DNA of 64,000 nt from an uncultured Chloroflexia bacterium (GCA_963700285.1 CAVOXA010000010.1:192001-256000); one strand, 5' to 3'. Positions 10,035 to 20,795 are shown, counted from the first letter of the stretch. Translations and numbers: made by a program. Notes: generated by a model from the sequence alone, not told the origin.

Positions 10035-10595
10035 ATGACAGGTAGAACAAAAGCCCGACGCAAGGGACTGCGCCGGGCACTCCTTATCCTTCTGCCTTTG
10101 GCCCTGGTGGCTGTCGCTGCCATGGTCGTGCAGAGCCAGGCCACGGCTGAAGAGACCCCCGCCGAAGCGATCCAATTTAACCACCAGAAGCATGTCTCTG
10201 CCGGTGCCCAATGCCTCTTCTGCCACCCAGGTGGCTACCTCGGCACGGTGGCTGGCATTCCCTCCGTACGCAAGTGCGTAGGCTGTCACGAAAACATCCA
10301 GGTCACGAGTGAAGCGGGCCAGGTCCAGGTCGACCAATTGATGCAGATCTGGGAATCGCGCGAGCCCCTGATCTGGCGCAAAGTCGTTGACCTGCCTGAT
10401 TTTGTCTACTTTTCCCACATGCCCCACATCTCAGCCGGCAAGAATTGCGAAAGATGCCACGGCGACGTGGGCCAAATGACCGTCACCGTGCAGGCCTTCC
10501 GCATCAACATGGGCTTCTGTCTGAAGCAGTGCCACCGCCACGAGGATCCTGCCCGGCGCGAACGCCTGATGGCCTGTGTCACGTGCCACCAGTAG
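10035..10595 (+). CDS. actA: Membrane-anchored pentaheme cytochrome c (ActA/QrcA-like)
   Basis: N-terminal TM; heme motifs CLFCH, CVGCH, CERCH, CLKQCH (CX3CH) and CVTCH; LPDFVYFSHMPH. Confidence 0.85.
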   Translation: MTGRTKARRKGLRRALLILLPLALVAVAAMVVQSQATAEETPAEAIQFNHQKHVSAGAQCLFCHPGGYLGTVAGIPSVRKCVGCHENIQVTSEAGQVQVDQLMQIWESREPLIWRKVVDLPDFVYFSHMPHISAGKNCERCHGDVGQMTVTVQAFRINMGFCLKQCHRHEDPARRERLMACVTCHQ

Positions 10596-10670
10596 GGGCG
10601 GACAGACCCCGCCAGAGACAAGCACGATTGCGGACCGACGGCGTCCGATGGGGGAGCAAAGAGGCCACCG

Positions 10671-12862
10671 ATGTCAAACCAACTGACCCGACGTAATTTT
10701 CTCAAGGTAAGCGCCATGGCAGCAGCCGCCACCGTCGTAAGCGGCTGCACCCCCACCATGCAGCGCACCGAGTATTTGGAATCGTACGTGATGCCTCCTG
10801 AGGAGGGGCTGCCAGGCGAGAACTTGTGGTACGCCAGTACCTGCCGGCAGTGTTCGGCCGGATGTGGTACCTTGGTGCGGCTGAGCGGCGGGCGTGCGCG
10901 AAAAGTCGAGGGCAACCCCTTGCATCCTCTGAATCAGGGCAAACTGTGCGCCCGGGGGCAGGCCGCGCTTCAGGAGACGTGGGATCCCGACCGTCTGCGA
11001 AACGCTGTGCAACAGCCGCAGCGCGGCTCGAGGCAGTTCGAACCATTGTACTGGCCCGAAGCACTGTCGATGCTTTCCGATCGTCTAGGCAGCGTGGATC
11101 CGGCCTCGGTCGCCTTCCTGGGTGGCAACCTGTCTACCCATCTATGGGTCGTCGTCAGGCGCTTCATGGAGGCCATGGGAGGTCGGTCGCCGGTGGCCTA
11201 TACGCTGGCGGATGATCTGTGGGGCCAGCAAGCCCTGGTCAAGAGCAGCGAGGCGCTGTTTGGGGCGGCTGCCGTCCCCCTGTTCGACGTGGCAAACGCC
11301 AACGCGGTATTTTCCTTCGGGGCCAGCTTCCTCGAAACCTGGCTCTCTCCCGTTCATTACGGCCAGGCCTATGCCCGGATGCGCCGTGGGCTTGTAGGCA
11401 AGCGGGGCTACCTGGTGCAGTTCGAGCCTCGCCTGTCCAGCACAGCCGCCGTCGCCGACGAGTGGATCCCGGTCCGACCGGGCACAGAAGGTTTGGTGGC
11501 CCTGGGGCTGGGCAAAATCCTCGTCGAGGAGGGATTGGCCGGTTCACCGCCAGACCCCCAACTCTACGCTGGAGTGGATGTTGGGGAGGTCGCGGCGGCT
11601 AGCGGCGTACCTGTCGAGACGTTGGAGAGACTGGCCCGGCTGTTTGCTGACGTGGGCAGCGTGGTGGCCATCCCAGGTGGGGCCGTAGCCGGTCATTTGA
11701 ACGGCGGTCCAGCCCTGGCTGCCGTACAAGCCCTGAACCAGCTCACCGGCCAACTGGGGCAGCCCGGCGGCGTCTACCTCCCCCCGCTCCGGCGGGCGAA
11801 GCCTTCACGCCTGCGCCTCTTTCGACCTACGCTGACGTCGGTGCCCTCACCGACGACATGGCCGCCGGTCGCGTGCAGGTGCTGCTGGTCCACGGCACGA
11901 ACCCCATGTTCGCGCTGCCACCTGGGCTGGGTTTCTCCGAGGCCCTGGCAAAGGTCGCCCTTGTCGTCTCCTTCAGTCCAACCGTAGACGAGACGGCCGT
12001 CCAGGCTGACCTGATCCTGCCCGATCACACCAGCTTGGAGGGCTGGGGTTACTATGCGCCGGCAGTTTCGAGCCGGACCATCGTCAGCAGCCAGCAACCG
12101 ATTATGCGCCCTCTGTACAGCACGCAGGCTACGGTCGATGTGTTCCTAGCGCTGGCGAGGGAACTGGGCGGTAGGGTAGCTCAGGCACTGCCCTGGCCCA
12201 ACGAAGTCGACTTTGTACGGGAAACGGTCGAGACGCTGAACGATGGGTCGGTGTCTCCCGACGTCTTCTGGGCCGAATGGCGCCAGCGCGGTGGCTACTG
12301 GTCCGAATCGGAAGAAACGCAGGCGCCAGCAGCCAGCGGTGGATTCTCCGGGCCATCGAGCGTGGCCGCACCAGGCCCCGGAGCAGATGCAGATCAGTAT
12401 CCCTACATGCTCTATCCCTACCCGTCCATCGCCCTGCTGGACGGGCGGGGGGCCAACAAGTCGTGGTTGCAGGAGATGCCGGATCCGATGACGACCGTCG
12501 CCTGGCAAACCTGGATCGAGCTCCATCCCCACACGGCCGAGGCGCTGGGTGTAGAGGCGGATGACATCGTACGGGTCATCTCCCCGGCCGGCGAAGTAGA
12601 AGCCATCGTCTACGTCTACCCCGGCATCGCTGACGAGGAGGTGGTGGCCATGCCCATCGGCCGGGGGCACACGGACTATGGCCGCTTTGCAGCGGGCAAG
12701 GGTACCAATCCGATCCGGCTCCTGAGTCCCGAGGCCGACCCAGCAACTGGAACCCTGGCCTGGGCGGCGACGCGGGTGCGCATTGAGCCCACCGGGGAGC
12801 AGAAAACACTGGCCCGCCTGGAAAGTCCGGCCGGCGTTGACTATATGCTGGAAGAGCACTAG
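10671..12862 (+). CDS. Molybdopterin-oxidoreductase-like subunit (ActB1/QrcB-like), frameshift near 11780-11790
   Basis: Tat signal TRRNFLK, CRQCSAGC...GKLCARGQ, WLQEMPDPMT; split over ORFs 10671..11987 and 11858..12862 at a C run. Confidence 0.85.
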
Positions 12863-12927
12863 GCGCGTTACGTACCAGCAGAACATTGGAGCAAGGTAGA
12901 ATCTGATTTTGGGGGGAGCCGAGTTCT

Positions 12928-13641
12928 ATGACAGACAACTACCATTGGGGTATGGTCATTGACCTGGACCTCTGCACGGCGTGCCAGGCCTGCGTTGTGG
13001 CCTGCCACGCCGAGAACAATGTACCCGCGGTAGGTGAGGAAGAGGTGGTCCGCAGCCGGGGCATGCACTGGATCCGCATTGAACGCCACTGGCACGGGGG
13101 TGAAGAACACCCGCGAGCCGAGTTTATGCCCCTCCTGTGCCAGCAGTGCCAGAAAGCACCCTGCGAGCCAGTCTGCCCCATGTATGCCACCTACCACGAT
13201 ACCAACAACCAGATCAACGTGCAGGTCTACAACCGCTGCGCCGGCATCCGCTATTGCGGCGTCAACTGCCCCTACAAGGTCCGGACCTTTAACTGGTTCG
13301 ATCCCTACTTCCCGGAGCCGTTGAACGAGCAGCTCAATCCTGACGTTACGGTCCGCCGGCGCGGCATCATGGAGAAATGCAGTTTCTGCATCCAGCGCAT
13401 CCGGCGGGCCAGGGAGTGGTACAAGAACCAGGGCCTGCCTCTGGACACGTCCAAGGTCATCCCGGCCTGCGCGCAAACCTGCCCTACCGGCGCACTGGTT
13501 TTCGGGGACCTGGAAGATCCAGAGAGCGAGGTAGCGCAGTTGTACCAAAGCCCCCGGGGCTTTGCCCTGCTCGAGGAACTGGGTACCAAGCCCTCCATCC
13601 GTTACCTGAAACGAGGCGAGTCCTATGTCCCTTACGGATAG
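12928..13641 (+). CDS. 4Fe-4S dicluster subunit (ActB2/QrcC/NrfC-like)
   Basis: CTACQACVVAC, CQQCQKAPCEPVCP, CAGIRYCGVNCP and CSFC...CAQTCP. Confidence 0.92.
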   Translation: MTDNYHWGMVIDLDLCTACQACVVACHAENNVPAVGEEEVVRSRGMHWIRIERHWHGGEEHPRAEFMPLLCQQCQKAPCEPVCPMYATYHDTNNQINVQVYNRCAGIRYCGVNCPYKVRTFNWFDPYFPEPLNEQLNPDVTVRRRGIMEKCSFCIQRIRRAREWYKNQGLPLDTSKVIPACAQTCPTGALVFGDLEDPESEVAQLYQSPRGFALLEELGTKPSIRYLKRGESYVPYG

Positions 13642-15079
13642 TGTCAAGGACTGGGCGGGGAGCAGCGCCCCCTCCGCGCAGACGCACGAGGAAGTCGACT
13701 ACAGCAGCTCGCTGATGTATGACCCCCGGCCGCAAGGGGAAATGAACCGCATCGTCTTGGAGGCGATGCAGCGCACCGGCCGGGAATATTGGATCGTAGT
13801 GGGTATCCTCGCCTTCCTGGCTCTGGGCGGCTTTCTGGGCGCCTGGCTGTACATGATCCTGACCGGGATGGGCGTAACCGGACTGAGCCGCCCAAACTTT
13901 TGGGGTATGTTTATCGCCAGCTTTATCTTTTGGATCGGCATCAGCCACGCCGGCACCTTCATATCGGCCATCCTGCGAGTCTTTAATGCCGAATACCGCC
14001 TGCCGATCACGCGCGCTGCGGAGATGATGACCAGCACCTCCCTCCTCGTGGCCGCGTCGTTTCTGGGCATCCATGTGGGCCGGGTTTGGGTCGCCTATTG
14101 GATCGCGCCCTATCCCAACCAGCGCGGTTTGTGGCCCAACTACCACTCCCCCTTCCTTTGGGACGAGATGGCCATTGCGACCTACCTGGTGGGCAGCACG
14201 CTCTATCTCTTCCTGCCGCTGATCCCAGACCTGGCCATGGCTCGCGACCATTTGAAGGGCTGGCGCTACCGGCTCTACCGGGCGCTGTCCCTGGGCTGGA
14301 CGGGCACCGAGCGCCAGTGGCAGAATCTGCACACCGCCATCAAGATCTTTTCCATCGCCATCATCCCCGTCATGTTCTCGGTGCACACCATCGTCTCCTG
14401 GGACTTGGCCATGACCAAGGCGATTGGCTGGCGCAGCTCGATCTTTGCGCCCTACTTTATCGTCGGCGCCGTGTTCTCGGGGCTGTCGGCAGCCATCACG
14501 GTGCTGATCATCGCCCGTTCCAGCATGAAGCTCCAGTATTTTATCCGCCGCGAGCACCTCGACGGCTTGGCCAGGCTGGTGCTGATCTTTTCCTTCATCT
14601 GGACCTACTTTTTCTTTGCCGACTTTCTCATGGAATGGTACGGCGGCGATGCCGCGGGACACGCGCTCACTGAGCTCCTGACCCAGGGCGCGATGGCTCC
14701 CTTCTGGTACACCATGCTCTTCTTCAACATCGTCGTGCCCTGCCTGACGCTCTGGAACAAAAGGGTGCGCAACTCGCCTATCGCGCTCCTGTTGATCACC
14801 CTCGGCATCAATATCGGCATGTATTTGGAGCGCTACATCATCGTCACCGGCTTCCTACAGCGCAACCACCTCCCCTTCAACTGGGGCGATTACTCGCCAT
14901 CGGTGGTAGAGATCTCGATCGTGACCGGCTCGCTGGCCGCCTTTCTCCTCTTGTACGCGCTACTGTCGCGCCTGATACCCTTGATCCCGATCTGGGAAGT
15001 GCGCGAGGGCCAGATAGCCCACGGCCTGAAGCGCGTGGGCGCGACCACGCTCAAGACGGTTACCGAGCTGGAAGAATAG
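13625..15079 (+). CDS. actC: NrfD/PsrC-family quinol-binding membrane subunit (ActC)
   Basis: FWIGISHAGTFISAIL, TRAAEMMT, SPFLWD, SVHTIVSWD; about 10 TM helices. Confidence 0.9.
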   Translation: MSLTDSVKDWAGSSAPSAQTHEEVDYSSSLMYDPRPQGEMNRIVLEAMQRTGREYWIVVGILAFLALGGFLGAWLYMILTGMGVTGLSRPNFWGMFIASFIFWIGISHAGTFISAILRVFNAEYRLPITRAAEMMTSTSLLVAASFLGIHVGRVWVAYWIAPYPNQRGLWPNYHSPFLWDEMAIATYLVGSTLYLFLPLIPDLAMARDHLKGWRYRLYRALSLGWTGTERQWQNLHTAIKIFSIAIIPVMFSVHTIVSWDLAMTKAIGWRSSIFAPYFIVGAVFSGLSAAITVLIIARSSMKLQYFIRREHLDGLARLVLIFSFIWTYFFFADFLMEWYGGDAAGHALTELLTQGAMAPFWYTMLFFNIVVPCLTLWNKRVRNSPIALLLITLGINIGMYLERYIIVTGFLQRNHLPFNWGDYSPSVVEISIVTGSLAAFLLLYALLSRLIPLIPIWEVREGQIAHGLKRVGATTLKTVTELEE

Positions 15080-15089
15080 GAGTTAAGCC

Positions 15090-15632
15090 ATGGCGGAACA
15101 ACCACAGCCGCTGGAACCAGCCATTGTCATGAGCTCATTCTTGGAGATCGACCCCACGACCGCTGCCCTCCAAGAGCTTCGGTCGTTGGGCATCCCGGAC
15201 GGAGATGTGACCGTGCGTTCCAGCTTACCCTACTCGGCCGAAATCCTGGGGCGACCCCACGCCAAGAGCAAGCTGACCGTCATCAGCCTCGTGGCAGCCC
15301 TGGTGGGTTTGGGGGTGGGCATCTTTTTCACGGTCATCACGCCCTTTCTGTATATCATCCGCGTGGGTGGGCAGCCCATCGTGCCCCTGCCGCCTACGGC
15401 CCTGCTCCTGTACGAGTTCATCATGCTCGCCCTGATCATAGGCACCTTTGGCGGCTTCCTGGCGCTGAACCGCTTCCCAGACAGCAAGCCCCAGCACTAC
15501 GATCCCGATCTGACCAACGGCCGGATCAACCTGCTGGTCCACTCGCCTGCGGACAGAAAGGCCAACGTCGTCGCCATCCTCGAGGCACACGGGGGCGAGG
15601 TCATCCAGGATCCGGAACGGAGGAGTCTATGA
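15090..15632 (+). CDS. actD: ActD (DUF3341) membrane subunit
   Basis: Two TM helices around VGGQP...YEFIML; follows actC. Confidence 0.8.
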   Translation: MAEQPQPLEPAIVMSSFLEIDPTTAALQELRSLGIPDGDVTVRSSLPYSAEILGRPHAKSKLTVISLVAALVGLGVGIFFTVITPFLYIIRVGGQPIVPLPPTALLLYEFIMLALIIGTFGGFLALNRFPDSKPQHYDPDLTNGRINLLVHSPADRKANVVAILEAHGGEVIQDPERRSL

Positions 15633-16165
15633 GCGCACACGCCGAAAAGGAGCGGCCCAGGATCTGGCGTTGGCTCATCCCCCTTCTGATCCTACTGGCA
15701 GTTGGAGCCCTGCTGCTCATGCTGACCTACGAGATCATCTATGTGGATTTCGTCAGCTTTATGGAGGATCAGCCTTCGGTTGGCTACCAGGAGCCGCCGC
15801 GCCGGTACGCGGCAGAGGGAGCGGTGTCCATTGAGCGACCTGCCTACCTCAATGAACCGGCCACCATGGTGAACCCTGTCCCGTCCGACGAGGTATCCCT
15901 GCAGCGTGGGGCGCTCCTCTTTGGCACGCATTGTGCCCTGTGTCACGGGCCCAAGGGCCGGGGTGACGGGCCCATCGTAGACTACTGGAAGCCCGATGCT
16001 CGCCGGCCAGCCGACCTGTCCGCAGAGCGATTCAAGCAGTATCCCGACAGCCTGTTGTACGGGGTCATTACCCAGGGGATTGGCGGTATGCCGCCCCTGC
16101 GCGAAAACATGAACGAGCGTCAATACTGGGATGTGATCAACTTTGTGCGTACGCTCCAACCATGA
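15629..16165 (+). CDS. actE: Monoheme cytochrome c (ActE-like)
   Basis: MEDQPS...NPVP...CALCHG...GMPP...WDVINFVRTLQ. Confidence 0.8.
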   Translation: MSAHAEKERPRIWRWLIPLLILLAVGALLLMLTYEIIYVDFVSFMEDQPSVGYQEPPRRYAAEGAVSIERPAYLNEPATMVNPVPSDEVSLQRGALLFGTHCALCHGPKGRGDGPIVDYWKPDARRPADLSAERFKQYPDSLLYGVITQGIGGMPPLRENMNERQYWDVINFVRTLQP

Positions 16166-16182
16166 CCGGTGGAAAGGAACCG

Positions 16183-16644
16183 ATGGTGAAACGTTTTACC
16201 CTTCTGACCATGGCCCTGATGGTAATCGCCTTGTTCGCTCTTGGCTGTGCCTACCAACCGGATGTGCCGCCAACGCCGATCCCGACCCTGGCTCCCGCTA
16301 CGATGCCGCCTGCACCGCCGACCCAACCTGCCGCCAGCGCGGAGGCGACGGCCGGCCCTGCCCCCGAAGGAGGCACTGCCGGCGCCAACGACCTGGTAAC
16401 AGCGGGCAGCCAAGTATTCGAGCAGACCTGCGCCGTTTGTCACAATCTGAACACAGAGACCAAGGTGGGGCCAGGCCTGGCCGGCCTCTTTGACCGGCAG
16501 CAGCTACCCAACGGCAATCCTGTCAGCGAGGCGAACCTGAAGGAATGGATTGTCACAGGCGGTGGCGCCATGCCGGGACTGCCCCTGACTGACGAGCAGC
16601 TAGCAGGGGTCGTTGCCTTCCTCCAGGACGCGACGCAGCAATAG
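16183..16644 (+). CDS. Lipoprotein monoheme cytochrome c
   Basis: Lipobox ALGC, Pro/Ala-rich linker, CAVCH and distal Met in AMPG. Confidence 0.85.
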   Translation: MVKRFTLLTMALMVIALFALGCAYQPDVPPTPIPTLAPATMPPAPPTQPAASAEATAGPAPEGGTAGANDLVTAGSQVFEQTCAVCHNLNTETKVGPGLAGLFDRQQLPNGNPVSEANLKEWIVTGGGAMPGLPLTDEQLAGVVAFLQDATQQ

Positions 16645-16665
16645 CCCACAGGGAATAATGAGGCC

Positions 16666-17571
16666 GTGACCGCTTCAGCCACATCGGGACGGATGCCAGT
16701 CAAAGACCTCTTGCTCCACCTGAGGTTGCAGTGGCAGATCCTCCTGGCCCCCCTGTTCCTGTGGGGCTTTCTGCTTTCGGCAGGCGCAAGAGCGCCCGGC
16801 CTGATCACGCCCGAGTTCTGGCTCGTCTTTTTCATCTTTCACGTAATGTTCTACGGCGGAGCCACAGCCCTAAACTCCTACTATGACCAGGATGAAGGCC
16901 CTGTCGGCGGGCTGTGGGAGCCGCCTCAGGCTACCCATGACCTCTTGGTCTTTGCTGTGGCGCTACAAGTTCTCGGGCTGGGGCTGCTCTTCTTCATCAG
17001 CCGTCCCCTCTTTGTCCTGGCCCTGATCATGGGGGCCGTAGGCAACGCCTACTCCCATCCAGCCACCCGCCTCAAAGCAAAGCCCTGGACCAGCCTGCTG
17101 GCGGTGAGCGTTTTCCAGGGCATGGGTGGCACGGCTGCGGGTTGGCTCTACGCCCAGGAGAACTGGCAGACCTTGTTCACCGCGGAGGGGATCCTGGCCA
17201 TGCTGGCTGCGGCGCTGATCATCACCGGCTTTTACCCGCTGACGCAGATCTACCAACGGGAACAGGACCGGAAGCAGGGAGTGGTCTCATTTGCCGTCTA
17301 TGCAGGAGAAAGATGCTTCCCCCTGGCCATCACCTGCATGCTGGCGGCGGCTGGTTTGCTGGGCTATCTCGCCTGGCGTACCTTTGGCCCCTTTGAGGCC
17401 CTGCTGGCGTTTGTTGGCCCGGTCGGGCTGGCGGTCTATATCGGTATCTGGTGGCGGCGGTACGACGACAGCCAGGTACGGACCAACTACCTGTGGATGA
17501 TGCGCCTGGGCTATCTGATGACCGGCGGGTTCCTGGTTTTTCTCCTTTACGTATTCTTCCTGGGGCTTTAG
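16666..17571 (+). CDS. UbiA-family prenyltransferase
   Basis: Multi-TM; NSYYDQDEG and TQIYQREQDRKQG acidic motifs; YSHP..RLK. Confidence 0.8.
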   Translation: MTASATSGRMPVKDLLLHLRLQWQILLAPLFLWGFLLSAGARAPGLITPEFWLVFFIFHVMFYGGATALNSYYDQDEGPVGGLWEPPQATHDLLVFAVALQVLGLGLLFFISRPLFVLALIMGAVGNAYSHPATRLKAKPWTSLLAVSVFQGMGGTAAGWLYAQENWQTLFTAEGILAMLAAALIITGFYPLTQIYQREQDRKQGVVSFAVYAGERCFPLAITCMLAAAGLLGYLAWRTFGPFEALLAFVGPVGLAVYIGIWWRRYDDSQVRTNYLWMMRLGYLMTGGFLVFLLYVFFLGL

Positions 17572-17575
17572 AGCT

Positions 17576-18796
17576 ATGCCCCACTGGGATTACGACGTCA
17601 TTGTCGTCGGCGCCGGCGTTGCCGGGGCCTCCAGCGCCATCCTGCTGGGCCGGGAGGGCTATCGCGTTCTGCTGGTGGACCGGGCCGTGTTCCCCCGCCA
17701 CAAAACGTGCGGTGAAGGGATCATGCCCGAGGGGGTGAGGATCCTCGGCGCTCTGGGGGTGCTGCCTGCCGTCCTCGAGCAGGCCGGCCCTCAAGTCCGG
17801 GGCCTCAGGTTCCGCAGCCAGGCCGGTGTGTGGGCTCAGGCCGATTTTCCCCCGGTGTCGGGCGAGCGCGCCTACAGCGTCGTGGTCCGTCGCTACGAAC
17901 TGGATCATCTACTCGTTCAGGCTGCAAAGTCCTTGTCCAACGTCACCGTCCGGGAGGGCTTTGCGATGTTGGAAGCCCTCCACGATGGAGGCTCGATCCA
18001 GGGCATTGTCGGCCATCCGGTGGATCGGATGGGGGGCCGCGAGACACTGCAGGCGCCGCTGACGCTGGCCGCCGACGGTATGCGCTCCCAGTTTCACAAC
18101 CGGTATGGCATCACCAGGGCAGTTCGACGCCGTCAGCGCTGGGGAATATCGGGGCACCTTCATGGAGTCCAGGACCTGCGTCCCTACATCGAGGTCCTGT
18201 ACCAAGGGGAGTACGAGGTTTATCTTGCCCCGCTGGGCGGTGACCTGGCACTAGTGGCGATTCTGCTGGAAAAGAAGGCAATGCGCGCCTTCCGGGGTGA
18301 TCTAGCCAGCGCCTACCACCAGTTCTTGAAGGCGGATTCGGCGCTCGGCCCCAGGATCCGACAGAGCGAGGTCGTACCCCCGGTGGGGGCCCGGGGACCA
18401 CTGGGATTCACAGTCGAGCCGGTCTACCTGCCTGGCCTACTGCTGGTGGGCGACAGCGCCGGGTTCATCGACCCCATCACCGGCGAAGGGATGACCCTGG
18501 CGCTCAAGGGCGTGCAGGCGGCCGTGCCGGTCGTAAAACGGGCCTTTGAAACCGGGGATTTTGGCCATGATGTCCTGGGCCAGTATGCGATGGAGCGGGC
18601 ACGAACCATTGAGGATGTAGCCAAGCTCACCCAGCTCATGTTGGAGGTGTCACGCTCCAGCCTGCTGGCCGATCGGGCGATCCGCCGCCTGAGTAAGGAC
18701 GAAAAGCTGTTTCAGAAGCTCATGGGCATCGTCACCGGCGCCAACCGCTACAACGATTTTACGCTCAGGGATAGGCTGGCCCTGGCCTTGGGGTGA
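17576..18796 (+). CDS. FAD-dependent oxidoreductase (geranylgeranyl reductase/FixC/monooxygenase-like)
   Basis: GAGVAG, FPRHKTCGEG, AADG and LVGDSAGFIDPITGEGM. Confidence 0.88.
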   Translation: MPHWDYDVIVVGAGVAGASSAILLGREGYRVLLVDRAVFPRHKTCGEGIMPEGVRILGALGVLPAVLEQAGPQVRGLRFRSQAGVWAQADFPPVSGERAYSVVVRRYELDHLLVQAAKSLSNVTVREGFAMLEALHDGGSIQGIVGHPVDRMGGRETLQAPLTLAADGMRSQFHNRYGITRAVRRRQRWGISGHLHGVQDLRPYIEVLYQGEYEVYLAPLGGDLALVAILLEKKAMRAFRGDLASAYHQFLKADSALGPRIRQSEVVPPVGARGPLGFTVEPVYLPGLLLVGDSAGFIDPITGEGMTLALKGVQAAVPVVKRAFETGDFGHDVLGQYAMERARTIEDVAKLTQLMLEVSRSSLLADRAIRRLSKDEKLFQKLMGIVTGANRYNDFTLRDRLALALG

Positions 18797-18860
18797 TACG
18801 GTTTTCTCCAATTTTCCGCCGGCCAAAACTTGGCCCAGATGCAGCACTCGGACCAGAACC

Positions 18861-19565
18861 ATGCTAGATCACCGTGTGTCAGGTCCCGAATGGATGGACG
18901 GGCCCGATTTTGGCCGCCAGCAGGTAGCTGATACCTTTCGTTTCTTGGTGCCGGTGAATCGCCTGTTTGGCGGGATCCGCCCAGCACTGTCCTTCTTCCG
19001 ACAGGAGAGCCGAACCTGGGACCGCCAGCAAACCTACCATATCCTCGACGCGGGATGCGGCGTGGGAGATGTGGCCCTGGCCCTCGCCAAGTGGGCCCGT
19101 CGCAGCGGCTTCCAACTCCGGATCGATGCTGTGGACAAGCATCCCGCGGCTGTCGAGCTTGGCCGCCAGAAGTGCCAGGCCTACCCCGAGATCGAGTTCT
19201 TTTGCCGCGATGTCCTGCAGTACAAGGGCGCAGAGTATGACTATGTCCACGCCTCCCAGTTCGTCCACCACTTCCCGGACGAGGAGGTTGGTCCCCTGCT
19301 ATGGCATTTTCTGGCCATGTGCCAACACAAAGTGGTGGTCAACGATCTAGTACGCGCCCCGCTGGCCTATCTGGCCACCTGGCTGTTCACGCTGGTGACA
19401 TCGCCCGTGTTCCGACACGACGCACGGTTATCGGTCAAGCGGGGGTTCCGGCTCGAGGAGCTTCGAAAACTGCTAAAAGAAGGCGGCGTCCATGATTTTC
19501 GCCTTGAGCGTCGCTTTTTCTACCGCTTTCTTCTTGTCGTGAACAAGATGGACATTCCTACCTAA
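18861..19565 (+). CDS. SAM-dependent methyltransferase (type III PKS-associated)
   Basis: ILDAGCGVGD, FVHHF, VNDLVR and HDARLSVKRGF. Confidence 0.85.
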   Translation: MLDHRVSGPEWMDGPDFGRQQVADTFRFLVPVNRLFGGIRPALSFFRQESRTWDRQQTYHILDAGCGVGDVALALAKWARRSGFQLRIDAVDKHPAAVELGRQKCQAYPEIEFFCRDVLQYKGAEYDYVHASQFVHHFPDEEVGPLLWHFLAMCQHKVVVNDLVRAPLAYLATWLFTLVTSPVFRHDARLSVKRGFRLEELRKLLKEGGVHDFRLERRFFYRFLLVVNKMDIPT

Positions 19566-19717
19566 CCGGTTCCGTACCGAAGGCAAGCCTCCCTCGAGCG
19601 ACCCGGCCCTGCATCCCGGGCCGCGCGCGTTTCCCGAGAGCACGGTATTTTGCTTACAGACGGAACCGGCCAACGATGATAGGCTGTACGTCAATCAGCA
19701 ACCAGGAGTACCACAGG

Positions 19718-20776
19718 ATGTTAGACGTACGCATCGTAGCAACGGGCACGGCCAATCCTCCCTTGCGTGCCTCACAACAGGAGAGTTTTGACGTCTATGT
19801 TGAACTTGTCCCTCTCTCCGACGACGCCAGGTCGTTGTTGCGAAGGATCTCGGTGGAAAACGAGTCTATCGGTTTCCGCCACTTTGCCATGGACACACCA
19901 ACAGATGTGCTTCAGGACTCCCAGGACGAGCTGATCGCTCGATACAAAAAGTTCGGCGTACAGGTGGCCGTTGAGGCTGCGAACAAAGCGCTGACCGGGG
20001 CTGGCCTGACGCCTGACGACATCGATATCTTGGTGGTGAACACCTGCACCGGCTACCTATGCCCCGGTCTGACTAGCTACGTGGCCGAGGCATTGCCGCT
20101 CAGAGCGGACGTTCACCCCTTTGACCTGCAGGGCATGGGCTGCGGCGGCGCAGTGCCCAACCTGGAGACGGCCTACAACTTTCTGCAGGTCCACCCCAAC
20201 AGTAATGCCCTGGTCATTGCTGTCGAGATCTGTAGCGCAACCGTCTACTTTGACGAAGCGCCTGACATCCTCGTATCAAACGCGATATTTGGCGACGGAG
20301 CGGGTGCCGCCGTGCTAACCAACCGGCCCGGGAACGGTGGTATGCGCCTCAAGCGCTTCGCCGCTGGCCTGTTCCCCCAGGATCGACAGCACTTGCACTA
20401 TCGAACTGAGAACTCGAAGCTGCGCAACGTGCTCAGCATGAGGGTCCCCGTCCTTGGAGCCCGGCACGGCAAGGAAGTGATCGACCAGCTCTTGTCGCAG
20501 AATGGGACGGGCTACCAAGATATCCGGCACTGGATCGTGCACCCCGGTGGGGAAAAGGTACTCGATGCTTTCGAGCAGGCCCTTGACCTCCCAGCCGACG
20601 AACTGGCGCCCTCTCGTAGTGTATTGTACAACTATGGAAACATGTCCTCCGCAACGGTGATGTTTGTGCTGGAGGAAGTGTTGCGCAGTCGCTCGCCCCA
20701 GCCTGGCGACCTGGCCCTGATGTGCAGCTTTGGCGCGGGTTTTGGCGTGTATGCTGTGCTGCTAGAGTTTCTATAA
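19718..20776 (+). CDS. Type III polyketide synthase
   Basis: Catalytic triad motifs GMGCGG, HPGG and GNMSS; also FGDGA and FGAG. Confidence 0.93.
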   Translation: MLDVRIVATGTANPPLRASQQESFDVYVELVPLSDDARSLLRRISVENESIGFRHFAMDTPTDVLQDSQDELIARYKKFGVQVAVEAANKALTGAGLTPDDIDILVVNTCTGYLCPGLTSYVAEALPLRADVHPFDLQGMGCGGAVPNLETAYNFLQVHPNSNALVIAVEICSATVYFDEAPDILVSNAIFGDGAGAAVLTNRPGNGGMRLKRFAAGLFPQDRQHLHYRTENSKLRNVLSMRVPVLGARHGKEVIDQLLSQNGTGYQDIRHWIVHPGGEKVLDAFEQALDLPADELAPSRSVLYNYGNMSSATVMFVLEEVLRSRSPQPGDLALMCSFGAGFGVYAVLLEFL

Positions 20777-20795
20777 ACAAAAGTACTGTGATAGA

